Shown: positions 9,885 through 20,823, counted from the stretch's first letter. The stretch is DNA of 64,000 nucleotides from Candidatus Latescibacterota bacterium (GCA_965205975.1 OZ242195.1:3040001-3104000); one strand, 5' to 3'. The notes: generated by a model from the sequence alone, not told the origin. Program-made: numbers and translations.

Positions 9885-10973
9885 CTACGCCCATACCACA
9901 CGCGGCCCATCCACATAATCCAAAAAGCGATTCGCAATATCGGCCTGCGCCGTATCCCCCGTATGCACAATCACGCGCCAGCGAAACGTCATCGACCCGC
10001 CCTCGGGCATAAGGTGATCGGGCTTAAACATCCAGCAATTGGGCGCGAACAAACCATAACCGCGCACATGCCATGTGGTTGGATATCGGAAATTCTGCGG
10101 ATGATCAAAAATGGCAAATCCGGCCACCTCATCGCCCACAGGCCCGTAGTAATCCATCCAGTGTGACGGCAGAGACCAGCACCCCGTCTCATCCGTCGCG
10201 CCATAGGCATTGCGCATCTCCCCATCGGCATTGGCATTCATCGACGGATTCACGCGAATACACAAAAACCCACCCTCCTTCGTATCCCCAACCGTCACAG
10301 CACCATGAGAAGCCTTGAGCGTAAGCGCAATATCCAGAACCGCGGCATCACGCCCCGAATCGTACAGCCGATACGAACGACTATCACTCATCAGCGCGCG
10401 GTCGCCTTCATACCACGTATTTTCCGAAGCGATCACCAGGGACAATGCATTGTGCGAAATAGAAATATCATCCTGTGCCGTGCGCCCATATCCCGATTGA
10501 TTGGGCCGCTCATTCCAGCAATCCACCCCATTTATAGCCCCCTGCATCAGGGTCAAACCCCGCTGCCAGGGATGTTCCCCCTCCCCCCATGCCGCCATCG
10601 GCTCCCGCAGCATATTGGTTCCATTCGGCGTTAAAATCGGATTGATAACCGGCTTGGGATAATCCGTCGCATGGTGAAATGTCATAAATGGCGAACCCGA
10701 AAGAGAAACACTGAGCGCACCATCGGCATCGCGCGACGAAATCCCCGCAGCCGCATCTGCACTATCCAGTGCCAACACCTCAAAACTCGCTTCCTCACCC
10801 CCGGCCAGCGCGGGCAGATTCACATAATAAACGGGCGCAGACGGATCGCGCTCGGCAATCAGTACCTCACCCCTACCCTTCAACTGCAACAACGGTGCAC
10901 CACATCCCTCTGGGGCGGAAAAACTCGCCAGATGCGCCGGACGAGAACGCGGAATTGAAAGCGTCAATTTCAT
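9885..10973 (-). CDS. PF14100-type ('PmoA-like'/DUF6807) protein, not a true methane monooxygenase
   Basis: HPWQRGL, GDTKEGG, FDHPQNFRYPTTWHVRGYGLFAPN. Confidence 0.7.
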   Translation of the reverse strand: MKLTLSIPRSRPAHLASFSAPEGCGAPLLQLKGRGEVLIAERDPSAPVYYVNLPALAGGEEASFEVLALDSADAAAGISSRDADGALSVSLSGSPFMTFHHATDYPKPVINPILTPNGTNMLREPMAAWGEGEHPWQRGLTLMQGAINGVDCWNERPNQSGYGRTAQDDISISHNALSLVIASENTWYEGDRALMSDSRSYRLYDSGRDAAVLDIALTLKASHGAVTVGDTKEGGFLCIRVNPSMNANADGEMRNAYGATDETGCWSLPSHWMDYYGPVGDEVAGFAIFDHPQNFRYPTTWHVRGYGLFAPNCWMFKPDHLMPEGGSMTFRWRVIVHTGDTAQADIANRFLDYVDGPRVVWA

Positions 10974-11089
10974 ATCTCAAAACTCCTCCACAGTGTGTGA
11001 GTGAAAAATTGTCCTGCTGATTGAAAAAAACGACCAATAAACGACCAAAATCTGGTACTATCGCTCAGTTGAGCAAACACCGTGCCAGA

Positions 11090-13426
11090 CTACGGACTCA
11101 GCTCCAATCTGCTCTGTAAATTCTCCACAATATCTTCCCAATCCATCAGCAGGGGATGGTACTCATCGGCGGCCCACAACTCGGACTGTGTGCGATAATT
11201 CGGACTGATCGGATGCCCCGACTGTCCACCCGCCGCCGTCGCCATACTCTGAGCCGGATTGCTCATATCCACCACCATCCGATAGGTCGAAAGCGACCCA
11301 ACCTCAAATAGCCTGCCAAAATTATACCCCGTCGCGCGCACAGTTCCCGTACTCCCCGACGACTCAAAAGGCCCCACATCAAACATCTTTGACAACGCCC
11401 CGCCATCACTCAGTGGATGCCGAAAAGTCACAGTGTGCAACCTGCCCCATCGCCACTGCGACTTGCGCGAACCCACGCGGCGGCGCAACCAATCCAGCGC
11501 ATCGCCCAATGCCGCATGCACCTCCCGATCCAAAACCCAATCATCAGGCGTCCAATCCAACGCCTGCCCCGTCAACACCTGCCGCGCCACACTGCCACCT
11601 CGCCCCACCACCAATTGAGCCACATGCTCGGGAAACCGAACCCGCACCACCCGCCGCACCCAGTGCTCCCAAAAAGTCGTAAACACCGTAGCGGCAATCG
11701 AATCCACCGAATATGCGCCATCCCAGCCGCGCAATAACTCACCCAGATCGCGCAAGCGTTTATTTCCCGCTCTCAGTGCAATCTCTGCGACAATCGGCGC
11801 CAGATCTTCTCCTCGCCCGTGAACAACATCGGCATGAATAGCACCCGTACTCTCCTGCGTATGCGTCTCCAATTCCTCAATACGCGCCCTAATCCTCCGA
11901 AACCGATATCCCTCCGACCATGCCCCCAGCGACAGATAAGGACCTCGACCACCCCACGGTGGATTATTTGCCGTCGCCACCCAATTGCGCTCGGGATCCA
12001 CCAGATGCGGCAACTCGTCAAAAGCATACGGCGCGCCCCATTCGCAATCCGGATCACGAAAACCAAAATCCCCCGCCTTGCGCGTTGGCACATGCCCAAC
12101 CACGTGATATCCAAGCCTTCCATCGGAATCGGCAAACACAAAATTCAAAATGGGCATCGGCCATTTGGCGAGCGCATCCAAAACCTGCGCGACGTTTTTT
12201 GATTGCATCAGCCCCAGCATCGCCTCAAATCCCGTTGTCGCCTCAGACCCTATCCAGCGCATGGACAGCACGGGTTGCTCCCCATCACCTACAGCAGGCA
12301 CAAACTCATTGATAACCGGACCGCGACGAGATCGGCGAATCACCAGCACATCCGCTGCGGCATCGCGCACCAAAATCGCCTGTTCCTCCACCTCAAACGA
12401 ATGCCATGCATCCCCATCCCGGTACAAATTCTCATCCTCCGCTGACACCTCTTCAACGTACAAATCGCGCACCGAAGCCGAGTGATTGGTCACACCCCAC
12501 GCCGTATCGCGCGTATGCCCCAGATAAATACCCGGCGTCCCCAAAAAAAACGCACCCACAGCATCCATACCAGGCGCGCGCACCTGAGCCTGATACCACT
12601 GCCTGCACAAATTCACATCATTGTGCGGATCCGTTGCCAGCACGGGTTTGCCATTCGCCGTCCGCTCGCCCCCAATCACCCAGTTATTGCTGCCAATCCC
12701 CGTATCGTATCCCCCCACACCGGCCGGTTCATCAGACGGAACAATGGTCTCTTCTGAAGCCTCTGTCGTCAAAAACAAATCGAACAAATCGGGAGACAAG
12801 TAGCGCTTGGCCGCCTCATTTACCGCAACCCCATTCAGCCGTCCCGTCAACATCCACCACCGCCATTTCCATATCGCAATCGAATCCACCACCGTCCACG
12901 GCGCGGGATCGTAATCCAGCAAATCGAACTCAACACAACGCCGATCACCCATCGCTTCCATCCACGCATTGACACCGCCGCCCAGCGACTGCAACACCAT
13001 CTTCACCTCATCCGACATCGCCGAAGCCGCCCCCTGTGCCGCACGCGTCAAACCAATCGTTCGGTGCAAGCGATCCTGCGCCAGATAATCCGCTCCCAAA
13101 ATCTCCGACAACTGCCCGTGTGCCAACCGCCGCATATAATCCATCTGCCACAGCCGATCCTGCGCCATAGCATATCCCAGCGCAGTAAAACAATCCGCCA
13201 TCGAAGCCGCCTCGATATGCGCCACACCCCACCGGTCGCGCAACACCGTCACCGGCTGATCCACTGGTGCTTTTACCGTCTCCTGCGTCCCGGGCAATTT
13301 CTGGCGCAAAAACCGCCGTTGAAAATCCCGAAACGACCGGTGCGAAATACCCAATTGATCGGCTGCCTCATCAACAGCTATATCGCCGCGCATCGCCTGC
13401 ATCAAAATATTTTTTCGATCTGCCAT
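11090..13426 (-). CDS. Penicillin acylase family Ntn-hydrolase with N-terminal HTH-like segment
   Basis: RDRWGVAHI, GYAMAQDRLWQMD, GSNNW nucleophile, TANN, GGQSGHP. Confidence 0.9.
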   Translation of the reverse strand: MADRKNILMQAMRGDIAVDEAADQLGISHRSFRDFQRRFLRQKLPGTQETVKAPVDQPVTVLRDRWGVAHIEAASMADCFTALGYAMAQDRLWQMDYMRRLAHGQLSEILGADYLAQDRLHRTIGLTRAAQGAASAMSDEVKMVLQSLGGGVNAWMEAMGDRRCVEFDLLDYDPAPWTVVDSIAIWKWRWWMLTGRLNGVAVNEAAKRYLSPDLFDLFLTTEASEETIVPSDEPAGVGGYDTGIGSNNWVIGGERTANGKPVLATDPHNDVNLCRQWYQAQVRAPGMDAVGAFFLGTPGIYLGHTRDTAWGVTNHSASVRDLYVEEVSAEDENLYRDGDAWHSFEVEEQAILVRDAAADVLVIRRSRRGPVINEFVPAVGDGEQPVLSMRWIGSEATTGFEAMLGLMQSKNVAQVLDALAKWPMPILNFVFADSDGRLGYHVVGHVPTRKAGDFGFRDPDCEWGAPYAFDELPHLVDPERNWVATANNPPWGGRGPYLSLGAWSEGYRFRRIRARIEELETHTQESTGAIHADVVHGRGEDLAPIVAEIALRAGNKRLRDLGELLRGWDGAYSVDSIAATVFTTFWEHWVRRVVRVRFPEHVAQLVVGRGGSVARQVLTGQALDWTPDDWVLDREVHAALGDALDWLRRRVGSRKSQWRWGRLHTVTFRHPLSDGGALSKMFDVGPFESSGSTGTVRATGYNFGRLFEVGSLSTYRMVVDMSNPAQSMATAAGGQSGHPISPNYRTQSELWAADEYHPLLMDWEDIVENLQSRLELSP

Positions 13427-13447
13427 AGTCCCTCCAATACCTCAATC

Positions 13448-14905
13448 TCACCGTTCGCGATAAGGATTGGAACCTGGATCGTACCACGCGAACAATCGCT
13501 CCTGTAAATCTGCACAAATACCAGCAAAATCTCGATTGTCAGTCAAATTGATACACTCGCCCGGATCACTTTCCAAATCGTATAATTCATGCCGCGACCC
13601 CCCATCATTATAAACGTACTTAAACCGTTCGCCCCGCACCATATACTGGGCTATGGGAGAGCGCAACCCATGCTCGGAAAACGCGGCATCGGGACCCTGG
13701 ATGTCGGGATCGCGCACAACACTGGCAAAACTCTCCGCATCCATTGTATCGCGAGCACCATCAAAATCCATTAGTGTCGTTCGATCTGGAGCCGACAACC
13801 CGCACAACTCTGAAAGCGTGGGATACAGACCAAAATATTCGGTCAACGCAGAAGCCACCTGATCCTCTGGAAAACGAGACGGACAACTCACAATCAAAGG
13901 CACCTTCACCGCAGGCTCAAACATACAAAACTTCTGATACAACCCGTGCTCACCGCCCATCTCACCGTGATCCGAAGTATAGACCACAATCGTATCTTCC
14001 ACCAGCCCCAACTCCTCCAGCCCATCCAGCACGCGCCCGATGCAATAATCGACAAAAGATAGATTGCCCATATACCCCGCCTTATGCGCCCGAAGCCGCT
14101 TTTCACCCATACCCTGCGTCCTATCAATACGCTGTTGTATATGCCCCGGATATTGCGAACTATCCCCCACCTCCACCAGATCTACCGATTCCGGCGAAAA
14201 CTGCTCTGCCCATTCGCGAGGCGGATAAAAAGGCGGATGGGGCTTCATAAAACTCGCCACCAGAAAAAATGGCTGATCGCGATATTCGCGCATAAACTTC
14301 ACAGACTCGCGCGCCACAAACATATCCAGATGATCTTCTGCATCGAGCGGCGAAGCCGTACTCGAAAAATCCCACCGCGCCACATTGCCAGCCCAGGGAC
14401 TTGCGTCATCCCACAGCAACGACACATCGGGAAACCCACTACCCGTATCAAAAACCGAATTGAAAAACCCCTCGCCTATCGCGTGATTGGCAATCTCATT
14501 CGCATAATGCCCCACCTTTGGACCCAAATACATCAACCAATCGTTAATCGACAAATACGACGCAAACCCGTGATTATGTGCATCGTTAAAATGCATCTTG
14601 CCGATCAAACTCGTCAAATATCCGTGATCGGCAAAATGGTGTGCCACCGTGCGATAGCGCCAATCCAACCGATCGCTATTATTAATTGCCCCCGTATTAT
14701 GAGCGTACAAACCCGTCAACAACGACATACGCGAAGCCGTACACACTGGATAGGGACAATAAGCATTCTCAAACCGCACCCCCCGCGCAGCCACGCGATC
14801 TATCATCGGCGTAGGCACCGTATTATTCCCGGCACACGTCATCCAATCTGCGCGGTGTTGGTCGGACATCAAAATGAGAACATTGGGACGATTATTATAA
14901 TCCAA
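13448..14905 (-). CDS. Sulfatase (Cys-type, choline-sulfatase-like)
   Basis: RPNVLILMSDQHR, CTASR (CxxxR variant), GKMH, SDHG; true start TTG 14905 behind GGAGG; the ORF-track extension overlaps the rhodanese 3' end. Confidence 0.88.
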   Translation of the reverse strand: MDYNNRPNVLILMSDQHRADWMTCAGNNTVPTPMIDRVAARGVRFENAYCPYPVCTASRMSLLTGLYAHNTGAINNSDRLDWRYRTVAHHFADHGYLTSLIGKMHFNDAHNHGFASYLSINDWLMYLGPKVGHYANEIANHAIGEGFFNSVFDTGSGFPDVSLLWDDASPWAGNVARWDFSSTASPLDAEDHLDMFVARESVKFMREYRDQPFFLVASFMKPHPPFYPPREWAEQFSPESVDLVEVGDSSQYPGHIQQRIDRTQGMGEKRLRAHKAGYMGNLSFVDYCIGRVLDGLEELGLVEDTIVVYTSDHGEMGGEHGLYQKFCMFEPAVKVPLIVSCPSRFPEDQVASALTEYFGLYPTLSELCGLSAPDRTTLMDFDGARDTMDAESFASVVRDPDIQGPDAAFSEHGLRSPIAQYMVRGERFKYVYNDGGSRHELYDLESDPGECINLTDNRDFAGICADLQERLFAWYDPGSNPYRER

Positions 14906-14924
14906 GATATGACCTCCTCCTACA

Positions 14925-15752
14925 TTACTTCTCCTCAGGCATCTCAACCGGCAAATCCAGCCGGTCACCCCACTCTTTCCACGACCCGATATAATTTCGG
15001 ACCTTTTCATAACCCAGCAACCGCAATGCCAGGTACGTTTGGGAAGAGCGGTACCCGCCCTGTCAGTAAGGCACAATTTCCTTATCGGGGGAAACACCCA
15101 CAGCCTCGTACATCGCCCGCAATTCATCCGCCGGCTTAAACGCCCCCGTCTCATCCAGATTATTCACATACTCAACATGCACAGCACCTGGAATAGCACC
15201 CCCTCGCGCAGCCCGCACATTGCGCCCGAAATACTCATCGTCACCGCGCGTATCCAGAGGCACAACATCCTCGCGCCCCAAAAGACCATTTAAAACATCG
15301 GCCCCCATGTGACGCCCCGGCACCGCCTCTGCGACAAACTCCGCAGGTTCTGCCTCCTCGCTATCCCTCGTCAATTCATAGCCCATGGCCGTCCAGGCAT
15401 TGCATCCCCCATCCAGCACGCGCACATCGGGATGGCCCAGATATTCACAAATCCAAAAACCGCGCGCCGCGCGCACCCCGGAATCATCCTCATACCAGAC
15501 CACCGTCTTATCCGTACCAATACCCCGGTTACTGAACAAATAACCGAGCATCCACATAAACGCCTCAAAAGCCTGTTCGCGGGTATCATTCAAACTGATT
15601 GAATAAAGATCCAGATGAAGCGCACCTGGAATATGCCCGGCGTGATATGCATGCGTCGGCCGCGTATCCACAATGCAGACATCGGCAGCCCTCTCATACA
15701 AATCCCGCGGCGAAATCAACAACTCGGGATTCGCATACCCTTTATCGCTCAT
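14925..15752 (-). CDS. Probable selenocysteine-containing tandem-domain rhodanese/sulfurtransferase (275 aa, Sec230)
   Basis: GHIPGA and LDGG; in-frame TGA 15063-15065 at the catalytic position: IVPY-U-QGGYRS, continuing to YIGSWKEW...PEEK* (TAA 14925-14927). Confidence 0.9.
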
Positions 15753-15968
15753 TTTCACCTCCTTGCAAAATGCGAATAGACGGAGCGGTGTACAACTGGC
15801 CGTATCTCAGGCCAGTTCATAGACGAACCCCGCCCAACTACCCAAAACCTCTGGATTGCGGCTAAAAACATGCCGCAATGACAGCTCTCATGTACATCAC
15901 CTGATTCGTCTGTGTATTTTATCCTACTCCAAAACCCGAACCAAAAACCAACTCATGTGTTCTACCCC

Positions 15969-15998
15969 TTGACAATATCCCCTACCAGCATCCATATT
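15969..15998 (+). promoter_or_regulatory. Candidate sigma70 promoter for rmlA
   Basis: TTGACA-N18-CATATT upstream of AGGAG RBS. Confidence 0.45.
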
Positions 15999-16024
15999 TA
16001 ACGCCCAAACATCAGGAGACATAT

Positions 16025-16891
16025 ATGAAAGGCATCTTACTCGCAGGTGGAGCTGGCACCCGCCTCTATCCCATCACGCGCGTGGTCAGCAAACAACTCC
16101 AGCCCGTTTACGACAAACCCATGATCTACTATCCCCTCTCCGTCCTCATGCTCGCCGGCATCCGCGATATATTGATCATCTCCACCCCCCACGACCTGCC
16201 CCTCTACCAACGTTTATTCGACGACGGCTCCTATATCGGCCTCAACATCACTTATGCCGAACAACCGCGCCCCGAAGGCGTCGCCCAGTCATTTGTGATC
16301 GGAAGCGATTTCATAGACCGCGACCCCGTCTGTCTAATATTTGGCGACAACATCTTCTACGGCCATGGACTCGGCGCAATATTAGATCGAGCCGGACAAC
16401 TCACCGAAGGTGGACTCATCTTTGGATATGCAGTAACCGACCCCGAGCGATATGGCGTCATCGAATTTGACAGCAAAGGCCGTATCATTGGCATAGAAGA
16501 AAAACCCGAACACCCCAAATCGCGCTACGCCGTTCCCGGCCTCTATTTTTACGACAATCAGGTCGTTGACATCGCCCGCAACCTCACGCCTTCAGCGCGT
16601 GGAGAATACGAAATCACCGATGTAAACGAAGAATATCTCAAACGCCAACAACTCGAAGTCGAACTCCTCGGCCGCGGGTATTGCTGGCTCGACACCGGCA
16701 CATTTGAATCGCTCCACCAGGCAGCGGGATTTGTGCAGGCAATACAGGAACGCCAGGGCCTCAAAATTGCGTGCATCGAAGAAATCGCCTATCGCCGGGG
16801 ATACATCGACGCCGCACAACTCGAACAACTCGCGCAAACCATGGCGCAAAACAGCTATGGACAATTCCTCTTATCTGTCCTGAACGAATAG
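16025..16891 (+). CDS. rfbA: Glucose-1-phosphate thymidylyltransferase
   Basis: [45 protein letters not shown]. Confidence 0.96.
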   Translation: MKGILLAGGAGTRLYPITRVVSKQLQPVYDKPMIYYPLSVLMLAGIRDILIISTPHDLPLYQRLFDDGSYIGLNITYAEQPRPEGVAQSFVIGSDFIDRDPVCLIFGDNIFYGHGLGAILDRAGQLTEGGLIFGYAVTDPERYGVIEFDSKGRIIGIEEKPEHPKSRYAVPGLYFYDNQVVDIARNLTPSARGEYEITDVNEEYLKRQQLEVELLGRGYCWLDTGTFESLHQAAGFVQAIQERQGLKIACIEEIAYRRGYIDAAQLEQLAQTMAQNSYGQFLLSVLNE

Positions 16892-16982
16892 ACGAATAGA
16901 CGAATAGACGAATAGACGAACCCCGCCCTACCCCCAAAGTCGTTACAAACTCCGTCGCCGATTCGTTGATTCGTTGATGAAC
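16883..16982 (+). repeat. Composite 8-mer repeat element between convergent genes
   Basis: (GAATAGAC)x4 - GAACCCCGCCCTACCCCCAAA - (GATTCGTT)x2. Confidence 0.85.
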
Positions 16983-17030
16983 TGGCCTGGGAATCGGCCA
17001 GTTGTACCCCGTTCCGTTGATTCGCGGTTC

Positions 17031-19835
17031 TCACACTATCGGATGCATCGCGTGCCAATCCGTAGCCTGTTCATAAGCGCGTGCAACAGCGAGAATCGTC
17101 GCCTCATCGTACAAATTGCCCAAAAAAGTCAACCCTCTCGGCGTACCCTCGGCAAACCCACACGGCAAAATAACCGCGGGATGTCCCGTCAAATTAGTCA
17201 CAGCCAAACTCGTCCTGCCACCGCGCGGCACCAGCACCGCATCCCAGTCTTGCATCACCTGCGCCACATCGCGCATCAACAGGGCACGCAAACGCTGCGC
17301 CCGCAAATACTCCACAGCCGTCACCGCGCGCGCCGCTCGAAAAGTATTGGGCCACGAACTCTTATCCGACTCCGTCATCACATCCAACTCGCCGCGCAGG
17401 GTTGCATCGTCAAACATCGCGGAAGCCTCAACCCGCAGCACCATCACAATCGCATCCGTTGGATAATCCGGCAACGAAACGGGTTGTAAATCAGCACCCA
17501 AACCGCGCATCACATCCAGTGCAGCGGCATAAACGCCAGTGGGATCTTCCCCATCTGCCTCCTTCCGAAACTCAGACGCCAAATATCCAATCCGCAACCC
17601 GGACAAATCCACATCGGGACGCCAGTTAAACGGCGCATCTACCACCGAGCGATCCTTTTCATCCGGTCCACAAATCGCGTGAAACACAGCAGCACAATCC
17701 TCTACACTGCGACACATAGGACCTAATTTATCCATTGTCCAGCTCAGAGCCATAGCCCCATAACGACTCACCCGCCCATAAGTCGGGCGCAACCCAACCA
17801 CACCGCATGTGTGACTGGGCGACACAATAGAACCGTGCGTTTCAGACCCGATACTAAACCCCACCAATCCCGCCGCAGTTGCCGCGCCAGACCCGGCTGA
17901 CGACCCGCTCGATCCCGCCTCGGTATCCCACGGATTGCGCGTCATACCCTCAAACCACGTCGGCCCCGACGCCAGCGCGCCCAGCGACAACTTGGCAACC
18001 AGCACAGCACCCGCCTGTCTCAATTTTTTCACCACACTCGCATCCTCATCCGGCACTTGATCCTTAAACGGCGTAGCCCCCCACGTCGTGCGAACACCCT
18101 TTGTACTCAACAGATCTTTCGCACCCCAGGGAATACCGTGCAACGGACCTCTATAATCGCCTCTGACAATCTCCGCCTCAGCGGCCTTTGCCTGTTCCAT
18201 CGCCAGATCTTCTGTCAGCGTAACCACACACTTCAATTTCTCGCCATAACGCGCAAGGCGATCCAGATACAACCGCGTCAACTCAACCGGTGAAATCTCC
18301 CTCTGCTCGATCAAACGCGCAAGAGAACTCACCGGCAAAAAAGCCAGCTCATCATCGGCATCTGGCCGCGCAATATTTGCGTCACTCAGCACAAACGGCT
18401 GCTGTTCGCCCTCGGGCACATCCCCCGGCACAAACACCAGAGGTGGCTCGACATCATACCCCACCGACACATCGCGCAAAGCAACATATTGCCGCCCCTG
18501 CCTTTCAATTTGCCCCCGTACCTTTTGCCATTGCGCCCTGGAAAATGGCAGACGGGCAACATCTGCCAACCCCGACACCGCGCGATCCACCAGTGCATTC
18601 TCGCGCTCGGCAACCTCGTCCAAAAACACATGCCGAATTTCCGTATCGATATCCGGGCTGCATCCCTCACCTATTTCACCGTGCGTGTACAAAAGCTGGG
18701 GAACCCCGATCTTGTTCTCGGGCGTGGCGCAACGCTCCAAACTCGGCAACCAATCCGACACCGTCTCATCCTCCGGCGAAACCCGGTATGCCCGCCAGGT
18801 CTCCCCCACATCCCGCGATACAAACAACACAATCGCATTTGTCGGATCGGCCCAATGCCCACCGCGCTTACACACCACACCCGCCGCGTACAGCACACCA
18901 TCCTTTGACACACTCAACACACACCGATCTGACATCGCACACCGCCCAAAAACTTTCTCAGCCAAAGGCAAAAAAGACTCGCGCTCCCATTTCCCCCTTT
19001 GCCAGCGATACAAAAACGTCTCCTCAAACTCGCCCTCTCGCCGGTTCAACGTAAAAAGCACCACATCGCCCGCACAGGTCACCACATTGCCAATGCGAAT
19101 ATCGAACCCATCGCTGTATTCAATCACACACGGAGAATCCGGCGTCACGGGCAAGCCGAGCCTCTCCCCCGCCACAGTCTCCCAGGTCTCACCCCAATCG
19201 CGCGACCGCATAATACCAAAACCGCGGCCCTTTGTATCCCCCGGATTATCCTCATTACTCCGCGCCAGATGAAAAGACAAATACAGCACATCCCCTTCAA
19301 TATGGATACAATTCTCAAGGTGTACATAAGCCGGCGGACCCTGCGGATCGACCAACTTCACCGGCACTGTCCAATCCCCATCCACGGACCGCTGCTGATA
19401 AAACAAGCCCCAGGGCCGCTCCCGCTGATATGCCCCCCGATAACACGCATGCAACACATCGCGCGCATCACAAACCAGACTGGGATACGTCGCATTCACA
19501 CCACCAAAAGGAGAAAGGATTCTCCACGCCGACGTATCATTGGGACGCACACTCACCGCGTGTTGCATCGGATTGTGATGCGGACCAAACGCGAGATAGA
19601 GAAACCCCTTCGCATCCATAGTCATCGCCGCACCCGCGTGATTATCAACCCCATCCGCCACAAAAACTGGATCGCCCCACACTTTCGCCTCGTGACAATA
19701 GGTTGCCACATACGTCTTGTGAATCTGATCCAGCCACACCACATGCGTCTTGCCCTCATGCGTAATAATTTTATTGCTCATCCCATAAGCCGTACCGCGC
19801 GTCGAGCCAGTCTTTGACAAAACAGTGTATTCCAT
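17031..19835 (-). CDS. BNR/Asp-box propeller domain fused to amidase-signature domain
   Basis: N-terminal DNH, YP, SRDWGETW and SRDVGETW Asp boxes; C-terminal GPLHGIPWGAKD, SSGSSAGS, GSETHGSI; start ATG 19835. Confidence 0.85.
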   Translation of the reverse strand: MEYTVLSKTGSTRGTAYGMSNKIITHEGKTHVVWLDQIHKTYVATYCHEAKVWGDPVFVADGVDNHAGAAMTMDAKGFLYLAFGPHHNPMQHAVSVRPNDTSAWRILSPFGGVNATYPSLVCDARDVLHACYRGAYQRERPWGLFYQQRSVDGDWTVPVKLVDPQGPPAYVHLENCIHIEGDVLYLSFHLARSNEDNPGDTKGRGFGIMRSRDWGETWETVAGERLGLPVTPDSPCVIEYSDGFDIRIGNVVTCAGDVVLFTLNRREGEFEETFLYRWQRGKWERESFLPLAEKVFGRCAMSDRCVLSVSKDGVLYAAGVVCKRGGHWADPTNAIVLFVSRDVGETWRAYRVSPEDETVSDWLPSLERCATPENKIGVPQLLYTHGEIGEGCSPDIDTEIRHVFLDEVAERENALVDRAVSGLADVARLPFSRAQWQKVRGQIERQGRQYVALRDVSVGYDVEPPLVFVPGDVPEGEQQPFVLSDANIARPDADDELAFLPVSSLARLIEQREISPVELTRLYLDRLARYGEKLKCVVTLTEDLAMEQAKAAEAEIVRGDYRGPLHGIPWGAKDLLSTKGVRTTWGATPFKDQVPDEDASVVKKLRQAGAVLVAKLSLGALASGPTWFEGMTRNPWDTEAGSSGSSAGSGAATAAGLVGFSIGSETHGSIVSPSHTCGVVGLRPTYGRVSRYGAMALSWTMDKLGPMCRSVEDCAAVFHAICGPDEKDRSVVDAPFNWRPDVDLSGLRIGYLASEFRKEADGEDPTGVYAAALDVMRGLGADLQPVSLPDYPTDAIVMVLRVEASAMFDDATLRGELDVMTESDKSSWPNTFRAARAVTAVEYLRAQRLRALLMRDVAQVMQDWDAVLVPRGGRTSLAVTNLTGHPAVILPCGFAEGTPRGLTFLGNLYDEATILAVARAYEQATDWHAMHPIV

Positions 19836-19890
19836 GAAAACTCCCTTTGGATGGACACGCAGGGGACACACGGTCCCTACTTCTGATTCT

Positions 19891-19921
19891 CATCTGCGTC
19901 CATCTGCGTCCATCTGCGGAT
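19891..19921 (+). repeat. CATCTGCGT(C/T) tandem repeat
   Basis: Three units ending CATCTGCGGAT; other copies at 4915-4946, 26785-26823 and 53670-53700. Confidence 0.8.
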
Positions 19922-19995
19922 ACTCTCGGTCTTGTTGCGTTCCTCTCCGCGACTCACTATAATAGACATCATCAACTTCATCTGAAAGGAAAGAA

Positions 19996-20823
19996 ATGCC
20001 CAATCTCAAAAACAAAGTCGCCCTGATAACCGGTGCGGGAGGTGAACACGGCATTGGGCGTGCAATAGCGCGGCGTTTTGCGCGAGAAGGCGCCGATATT
20101 GTTATCTGTGATATAGATGCAAATGCCCGCGGCAACTGGGCTGGATTGCCCGCGGTTGCCGAAGAAATCGAAGCAATGGGACGCCGGGTTCTCGCAACAG
20201 AAGTCGATGTAACCAGCGCAGAGCAAGTCGAACAAATGGTACAGGCCGCACGCGCGCGCTTTGGCAAAATCGACATCCTCGTCAACAATGCGGGTGCCCC
20301 CGCTGGACCGGACCGCGTACCCGTTGCCGAATTAGAAGAAGACACCTTCGACCATGTTCAACGCGTAAATGTCAAAGGCACCTTCTTGTGCTCCCGCGCC
20401 GTTGTCCGCCACCTCACCAAGCGGAACAACGGGGGCAAAATTATCAACATCTCATCAACTGCGGGCCTGCGCGGAAGTGCCAGATTCGCGGCCTATTGCG
20501 CCTCAAAATTTGCCGTCATTGGATTCACGCAATGCCTCGCCCAGGAAATGGGACCCTACGGCATTCAGGTCAACGCAATTTGCCCCGGCCTGATTGAAAC
20601 CGAACGCCTGCACGGCATAGCCAGCGGACTAAAGCCCAGCGGAACATCAATCGAAGACTTTAGAGCGCAAATGGTCGAACGCTCCTCTCAGAACAATCCA
20701 CTCGGACGCATTGGACAGCCAGAAGATGTTGCAAACGTCGCTGCATTTTTGGCCTCTCCCGATGGCGATTACATGACCGGACAGGCAATCAGCATATCGG
20801 GCGGAGCGGCCATGGTGCGTTAA
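19996..20823 (+). CDS. SDR family oxidoreductase
   Basis: TGAGG..GIG, NNAG, YCASK. Confidence 0.93.
   Translation: MPNLKNKVALITGAGGEHGIGRAIARRFAREGADIVICDIDANARGNWAGLPAVAEEIEAMGRRVLATEVDVTSAEQVEQMVQAARARFGKIDILVNNAGAPAGPDRVPVAELEEDTFDHVQRVNVKGTFLCSRAVVRHLTKRNNGGKIINISSTAGLRGSARFAAYCASKFAVIGFTQCLAQEMGPYGIQVNAICPGLIETERLHGIASGLKPSGTSIEDFRAQMVERSSQNNPLGRIGQPEDVANVAAFLASPDGDYMTGQAISISGGAAMVR

Noticed and set aside
9885..10973. Particulate methane monooxygenase pmoA
   Set aside because: Soluble protein with no TM helices and no pmoC/pmoB; the family name is misleading
16025..16891. dTDP-rhamnose or O-antigen cluster
   Set aside because: rmlA stands alone; no rmlBCD or glycosyltransferases are adjacent
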